A stretch of 51,743 nt of DNA from Eremomyces bilateralis CBS 781.70. Its lineage: Eukaryota. Every line of letters begins with the position of its first letter. Position 1 is the stretch's first letter. The notes under the pieces are model-generated. The model had not been told where the DNA came from. It did no database searches and saw only the letters and a list, made by a program, of their open reading frames with translations. The position numbers and the translations under genes were made by a program. The stretch lies in NCBI GenBank assembly GCA_010015585.1, contig ML975158.1. One strand, 5' to 3'. Positions 45,068-51,743 of this stretch are shown here, one piece after another.

Positions 45068-47758
45068 ATGGCCACTCAACCTCGCTCCTCCTTCGAAAGC
45101 ACCGGCTCTTCACCCCCCCAAACCTCCATCACCTCCAAGGACCTCCCCTACCGCTCCCTCGTCATCGCCGACCCCGTCGCCGCCCGATTCCTCGAAGATG
45201 AACCCTCCACAAACGTGCTGGCCCACCGGGAGACCCTCCCCGGATTCGAGACCTACCTGGTGGAGCAGTGGGCCTGCAATCGCGCACGTCCAACGTACGT
45301 GATCTCCACGTACACCGGTGACCTGTCGCATACGACCACCGTCGCCGTGCTGAGCGCCCCGCTCGATCAAAACGACTGGAGTCCGAAGGTGCGGGCGTAT
45401 TTCGACGCCTTGCAGCAGCACTACGCGCGGCCGCGCGAGACGGCCTTGGGGATGCTCATGGCGACGAACCTGTCCAGCTTTCCCAGCAGTCTGACGCTGA
45501 TCAAGGTGCCCGAGGGAAACGTCAGGAAGCACTGGGAGGACTTCGTGGTGAACGAGGACCTCAAGCGGCTGGGATGCGCGGGACGGGCGGGGTTGACGTT
45601 GACGCAGCCAACCAGCGCCACGGTCGCCAAATTTCATCAGCTGTACCGCACCAGCGAGAAGGTCCCACTATATCAAAGCGTCATGGACCTGGTGAAGCTC
45701 TGCCAGCTTGCATTGGTCCTCTTCGGGAAACTGCCGCTCGACTACGGCGACGGGCTGCTCTGCGACGTGACTGAGGCGGCCATCAAGGACTGGTGGGTCG
45801 AGTTCGGCGCTGAATTCTTCTCCATCGAACCGAACGACGGCATCCTGGGTCCGACGACCGTGGCTGCGTTGGTCGGTCTGGTGATGGGTGCGCGCAACCG
45901 GCTGCACGCGTACGGCGCGCCTGTGTCAAAGGACGTGTTCGAGGTGGAGGCCACGAAGCGGGCGATAGCGTACTTTCAGAAGGCGTCGAGACTGCCCAAG
46001 ACGCGGCGGCTGGACCGGAGGACGTTGCAGCGGTTGCACTCCGCGACGGCGAAGGCGGCGGAACAGAAGAGCGGGGAGGGATGGACGGTGCCGCGGGCGG
46101 TGAAGAGCACGGTCGCGGAACTCAGTGGAAAGGGGGGGGAAATGGTGATGGAAATGGTCGGGCGGGGAGGCGGGGAGAAAGCCGGCATTGCGGCTGTCGA
46201 AACGGTGGACTTTGAAACCTTCATCGATCTCCTGGGTGGCGGCAGCGCTAAGTGGCTCTGGCATGGGAAGGGCAAGAAATTTCAGTCGAGCGACGTGTCT
46301 GGCAAGTATGCGTCGGGTACCACAGGCGAGAAAGACCATCCACTCTCGAGGAAGATTTCGGAGGCTGGGAAAACGGAGCCGCCGACATTGCGGAAGCAGA
46401 ATACCGTCGAGGACGGCGCATCGGTCACGAGCGATATAGTACGACAATCCTCGATTCGGGAGCCAGAGAGTGCGATGGACGGCGATCGTGACCGAAAGTC
46501 CCGCAGACACGCACTACAGCGAGCGGGAATCAAAGTCAAAGATACGGTCAGCGGCAAACGTCACCAACCCAAGGGTTCGAAAGATGCCAAAGACGGCACG
46601 CTATATCCCGAGGAGGCGGACGATTCGAAACAAATCCTCACTTCGATCCCACCCAGTCCGACCGCCGTTTCGGTTGATCAGGTTGCAAAAGATCACACCA
46701 ACTCTCCGTCGGAATCCCAGAGTGTCCTTTCGAAGATACCGACTTTCGCGTCAGCGATGACAGAGACTCCGTCAGTAGCGTCACGAAACCTCTTTTCTTC
46801 GCCAACTCTACAACTGTCGGCGCCTAATATCGGGACCAAGACCGAACCCGTCGCTCCCACCAATGCCACTCAACCAGAACTAGGCGCTTCTAATGCAACC
46901 AAACCCGAACTTGGTGCCCCTATCCACCTAGAGCCCGAGCCAAAGTCCCGATCTCCCATCAAGCCCCTCCTCACCGGCCCGACCTACCACGGCGTCGATC
47001 TCAACGACCTCTTCGGCATCGACACCAACCAAGAAATCAGCCCCCTCCTCCGCACCACCTACAGCACCAGCAACCTCCCCACCCTCCGCGCCCTCCGCGC
47101 CCTCCCACCCAACCCGTCCAACCTCCCCGATCCCACCCCCCCACCCCCCCACGATGTCAAGTGGCCCCGCCACCTTTCTTTCAGCGTCGCCGAATCCAGC
47201 ATCCTCACCTGGTCGAAACTCGACACCGGGTCCTCCTCCCCGCACCCCGGCCTCCACGCCGAATACCACGCGCTTCTCTACGACGGCGGCACGCTGCGGC
47301 GGTTGCGCGAGCGGCTGCGCGAGCTCTCATGTCTACATGAAGGGAGTGTCGCGCCGCAGCTACAGCGGCTTGTGACGGTGCTGGATACCGCGGCGGCGGA
47401 CCAGGGAACCGTGGAGGGGCTGTACGAGCCGAGTCTAGAGACATACGGGCAGGCGCGCGACGCGATGCACGATACGCTCGAATCGGAGCGGGGGAAGCTG
47501 ATGGACGCGGTCCGGGAGGTGGAGGTGCTGGCGTCGCGGCTGGAGTACGAGATGGCGGCGCTACGGAATAAGGTGGAGGGTGTGGAGGAGGCGGTGGGGG
47601 AGTTTGGGGGGGCGGTGAGGGAGTTGGAGGAGAGGATTGGAGGGATTGAGGGAGAGGATCGGAGCCAGGGGGGGTGGGGGAGTTGGGTGATGGGGGTGTT
47701 GTTTGGGGTGGCGGGTGCGGCGAGGGTGGAGGGACAGGGGCGGGAGGAGGGGGGATGA
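45068..47758 (+). CDS. STB6: STB6/STB2-like (Sin3-binding) protein
   Basis: GFETYLVEQWAC.R, TNLSSFPSSLT, FVVNEDLKRLGCAGR, DGLLCDVTE, EPNDGILGPTTVAAL; C-terminal coiled coil. Confidence 0.8.
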   Translation: MATQPRSSFESTGSSPPQTSITSKDLPYRSLVIADPVAARFLEDEPSTNVLAHRETLPGFETYLVEQWACNRARPTYVISTYTGDLSHTTTVAVLSAPLDQNDWSPKVRAYFDALQQHYARPRETALGMLMATNLSSFPSSLTLIKVPEGNVRKHWEDFVVNEDLKRLGCAGRAGLTLTQPTSATVAKFHQLYRTSEKVPLYQSVMDLVKLCQLALVLFGKLPLDYGDGLLCDVTEAAIKDWWVEFGAEFFSIEPNDGILGPTTVAALVGLVMGARNRLHAYGAPVSKDVFEVEATKRAIAYFQKASRLPKTRRLDRRTLQRLHSATAKAAEQKSGEGWTVPRAVKSTVAELSGKGGEMVMEMVGRGGGEKAGIAAVETVDFETFIDLLGGGSAKWLWHGKGKKFQSSDVSGKYASGTTGEKDHPLSRKISEAGKTEPPTLRKQNTVEDGASVTSDIVRQSSIREPESAMDGDRDRKSRRHALQRAGIKVKDTVSGKRHQPKGSKDAKDGTLYPEEADDSKQILTSIPPSPTAVSVDQVAKDHTNSPSESQSVLSKIPTFASAMTETPSVASRNLFSSPTLQLSAPNIGTKTEPVAPTNATQPELGASNATKPELGAPIHLEPEPKSRSPIKPLLTGPTYHGVDLNDLFGIDTNQEISPLLRTTYSTSNLPTLRALRALPPNPSNLPDPTPPPPHDVKWPRHLSFSVAESSILTWSKLDTGSSSPHPGLHAEYHALLYDGGTLRRLRERLRELSCLHEGSVAPQLQRLVTVLDTAAADQGTVEGLYEPSLETYGQARDAMHDTLESERGKLMDAVREVEVLASRLEYEMAALRNKVEGVEEAVGEFGGAVRELEERIGGIEGEDRSQGGWGSWVMGVLFGVAGAARVEGQGREEGG

Positions 47759-48840
47759 TGTGCCCTGTAGGCTGTAGGGCTGGAATAGATTGATGATACC
47801 ACTGAGCGTTGTAAGATTGGACTTATGCCGATTGGCGAAAGGTACGCTGGCCTCTAAGGATTTGGGCCAAGAGTGTCAACCTATGAGTAACGCATCGAGC
47901 TCTCCGTTCGCGATATCCCAGAATAGGGGATGAATGAAGCTTTCGACTGCCGCCTGGAGAGACATACGTCATGCATGCAGAAGCTCACTTACCAGGAAGA
48001 CTACTGTACGGAGACAGCTTCGTCGATTAGCGTGGATGTCTACGACAACGCATGTCGCAGGAATCAGGATTCGGTTCCGTTCATAGTAATCAAGCCGAGT
48101 GAAGGTCCCGAATGAAGATAGCTGGCGAGAATCCATCCAGATTCGCCGCGTCAGCTTCGTTCTAGAAGGACCTAATCCTTAGAATCCCCATCAAGAAGAC
48201 CAGTGTCGGGGTTAGGATTGGCGACGTTGCCTGATTGATATTGTTATATGAGATTCTCTTATGTCCATTTATCATATTTAAAGAGAAACCGGTTATGTAT
48301 GAGACTGGAATAGATTGGTATCGGCATTATTTATTTAGTTCGACCGTTACTCCGTACATCTGTCCAGTTCCGAGCTATTCCCCCTGTTCTAAAATTGGTG
48401 GCATTCGTAGATGTTGATCTGACGTCTGTCATCTCCAAGACTCCAACTCCCCATCTCTCCCATAGAGCTTACCCTTAGGAGACATTTGTCCATTGGAGAT
48501 TCTTCTAATCCACAAGCTGACTGCAACCCCGAATTGGAAGGGTTGATCTAAATCTGTACCTGTACACCAACCGATCGATCCAGGCAACGCCCGCCACAGG
48601 GCTGACTTCCTCCCGGGTGACCATCCGCAGGTGACCGACTGATTACAGATTCATTGCTTTGCTGGTGCTTGTTGCCATTCCTGATATTCGATCAATTCCC
48701 CGTTCTTTATTAAAGGATTCTACCACTCTAGAGCTCAAGCGCGAATTCGTGCATTGTCGCTCTTTGGTTGCTTTCATCCAATGCCACTGCTTTGTGTCAC
48801 ACTCCTCCATTAGAGAGACATTAGGCTACCCGTATTTGGC

Positions 48841-51743
48841 ATGGAGCAGGTAGAAATCCACAGCAAGGTACGAACATCATCCAGATATCGAAACGAAGGC
48901 TTTGCTAATCATGACATTTCCAGTCGTATCTCGTGCGATGGATCGGCGTTTCTCCCGCCTACACTATCTCATGGACCGTCCAACCGCACAAGAAGTCTAT
49001 TAACTTCGCGCTATTCAAACACGCCGGTGCAAGCAGGTCTGGAACCGCCCTTCCCACCACCGGAACCGACGACGCTCCTCCAGCACCGCACACCGACGGA
49101 CGCACGAAATCGAAGACCCCGAACGACAACTCGACCGTCGTGGAGACCCTGCAATCCAAGGGGTTGAAGCTGGTCCACTGGTTCGGAAAATGCGAAGCGG
49201 ACAAGGTCACCACCGGGAAATATGATGTCCCCGACAACGAAGCGGGCATGTACGGCCTGGTGTTCGACAACACCTTCTCTAAGGCGGTCTCCAAGACAGC
49301 CACCGTGGTGATCATGACGCATCCGTCGCATGCGCCTCCGAAGTCAGGCGGTCCTCAGTACGCGCACGCCGACGGGAGTTCGACCAGCCTACCGACCGCC
49401 AAGTCCAGTCCGGCGATGCGTCCAGTCGCCGACTCCCAAGAATCCCTCCCGCTGGACGGCACCACGCACCGAGTGACGTTCGCGACCGGCTCTCGACAAG
49501 GCTCGGAAAGCCACGGACCAGGACCACCGTTCTATACCGGCATCCTACAAAAAAAGCGACGCAAGAGGAACCAAGGGTTCGCGCGCCGGTATTTCTCCCT
49601 CGACTTCACCACCTCCACCCTCTCCTACTACCACAACCGCAACTCCTCCGCGCTGCGCGGCACTATCCCGCTCTCTCTCGCGGCGGTCAGCGTAGACGAG
49701 AAATCGCGCTACATCACGGTCGACTCGGGCGCGGAGGTGTGGCATCTGCGGGCGAACAATGCGAAAGACTTCCAGGGGTGGAAGGCGGCGTTGGAGAAGG
49801 CGGCGAACATCGCCAGTAGCTCGGCGGCGAAGGAGAAGCATGAGCCTGCCCAGCCGGCGCGCCCGGCGCGGGCGGTGGATCCAGCGGAGGAACAGGAGTG
49901 GGATCAGGTGCAATCATTGGTGGGGAAGGTCGCGGGGATACGAGACGCGGTGCGAAGGTTGGCGCAGAATACGGACCCCAAATATCTGCCGCGTTTGTCG
50001 ACCGCGCATGGGCCGGGAATGAGCGACATCAGTGAAACCACGAGTCCATCGGAATCGGAGAATGGCGATCCCTTCAGCAAGACAGCCGATCACAAAGAGA
50101 AGAAAGCGTTCTGGAAGCGAAAGCCAAACGTGAATGGCACGGCCAATTCGCTATTCAAGAGGAGTGTGTCGGCGCAGCTCGCGGTACCATCCCCTGCAAG
50201 TGCCGCAAGCAATGGACAAGTCCCGAAGCTTCAATATGTGAACAACGCGGAGAAAGACGCGGGCATCCACGATCATTGCATGGCCCTGCTCAAGGACCTC
50301 GATGAAACCGTCGCCAAGTTCTCCGAGCTCCTGTCAGAATCCAAGCAGCGACGACGGCCGCAGAGTAGGACCGCACTATCGCGCCAGAGCACCGATTCGA
50401 TGTCCTCCAGAGAGGAGTTCTTCGACGCGCCCGACGCCCAAACGCCACGGGTCGGCATAATGAATATCGACCGAGACAGCGAGGAGAGCGATGAAATCTC
50501 TCATGTGTCGGACCGAGCCTCGGAATCGAGCAGTGAATTCGCTAGCCTCGCGACGTTTGAGCGGAAGAGCGGGGCGGGCGAACTATCGATTTACCCCGTC
50601 CGACCGAAGACGTTAGCCCCCCTTCCCCTCGACCCGGTTCCGAGAAGGACCAGCGTGCCGACGGCGAAGTTAAACCCCCCAAGCCTGATCAGCTTCCTTC
50701 GGAAAAACGTCGGCCAGGATCTGTCGACCATTGCTATGCCCGTTTCCGCGAACGAGCCGATGTCGGGCCTCCAACGCGTTGCAGAGCAGCTGGAATACAC
50801 AGGGCTTATCGACGCGGCGACGACGAAACCAAGTGAGACCGGTGAGAGGCTTCTTTATATCGCCGCATTCGCCATCTCGGCGTTCTCCAACTCCCGAGTG
50901 AAGGAGCGAGCGATCCGCAAACCGTTCAACCCCATGCTCGGCGAGACGTACGAGCTCGTCCGCGAAGACAAAGGCTACCGCTTCATCGCCGAGAAGGTCA
51001 CGCACCGGCCCGTCCGCATGGCCTGTCAAGCCGAAAGCGCCACCTGGACCCTCACCCAGTCCCCAATGCCGGTCCAGAAGTTCTGGGGCAAATCCATGGA
51101 ACTCAACACGGACGGCCCCGTGCACCTCTTCCTTCACTCCGTCGACGAGCACTACAGCTGGACCCTCGCCACCTCCTTCCTCCGCAACATCATCGCCGGC
51201 GAGAAATACATCGAGCCCGTCAACACCATGACCATCTTCAATGAGACCACCGGCGCCAAAGCCCTCGCCACCTTTAAAGCCGGCGGTCTCTTCTCCGGCC
51301 GCAGCGAGGACGTCTCCGTCACCGCCTTCAACGCCGCCGCCCAACGCCTCCCCCTCGGCCTCCACGGCAAATGGACCTCTCACCTCCACCTCACCCACGA
51401 CGGCGTCGACACCGGCCCCCCCATCTGGACCGTTGGCCAGCTTGTCGACCACGCCCCGGCACGCTATGGCTTCCCGACCTTCGCCGCCGCGCTGAACGAA
51501 ATCACGCCGGTCGAGCGAGGGGCCATCCCCGTGACGGACTCGCGGCTGCGCCCGGATCAGCGGGCGGCGGAGGAGGGGGATTTGGATCGCGCGGAGGCGT
51601 TAAAGGCGCGGTTGGAGGAGCGGCAGCGGGCGAGGCGGAGGGTGATGGAGGAGCATGGGGAGCGGTGGACGCCAAGATGGTTCGTGCAGGTGGGGGGGGA
51701 GGGGGATGAGGTGTGGAAGTTGAAGGAGGGGCGGGATGGGTAT
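48841..51743 (+). CDS. OSH3: Oxysterol-binding protein with GOLD and PH domains, truncated by the window end
   Basis: MEQVEIHSK|SYLVRW; GMYGLVFDNTFSK (GOLD); KKRRKRNQGFARRYFSLD (PH); LRKNVGQDLSTIAMPVSANEP, RKPFNPMLGETYELVREDKG, EKVTHRP, TDSRLRPDQR (OSBP). Confidence 0.92.

Noticed and set aside
1..51743. tRNA, rRNA (including 5S as a Starship target) or CRISPR arrays
   Set aside because: None recognised by eye; the sequence is eukaryotic and shows no repeat-spacer structure.

Overview
Genomic DNA from a filamentous ascomycete (Pezizomycotina; short GT-AG introns with CTRAC branch sites). Conserved gene blocks occupy about 1-10 kb (hypothetical protein, mitoribosomal bL27m and mL57, SPX-EXS SYG1, PBP2-type protein) and about 28.8-51.7 kb (TMA23-like, hypothetical, PH-domain protein, TIM22, RMD5, STB6-like, OSH3 running off the end). 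Between them lies an accessory block of about 18 kb. Its left part holds two zf-MYND genes, a SnoaL/NTF2-like gene and gene relics. Its right part (17302-28122) looks like a derelict mini-Starship: TAGGG direct repeats, asymmetric inverted repeats, a DUF3435 captain relic pointing inward, an Mx-like dynamin cargo gene, and nested piggyBac, solo-LTR, hAT and Tc1 sequences. The clearest surprise is at 39772-41461. A 1.69 kb internally deleted Tad1-like LINE has inserted with an 11 bp target duplication into a DD37E Tc1-like transposase, and its 5' end is a complete HDV-like self-cleaving ribozyme fold (41375-41460, minus strand). All family assignments come from motif recognition by eye; no searches were run.
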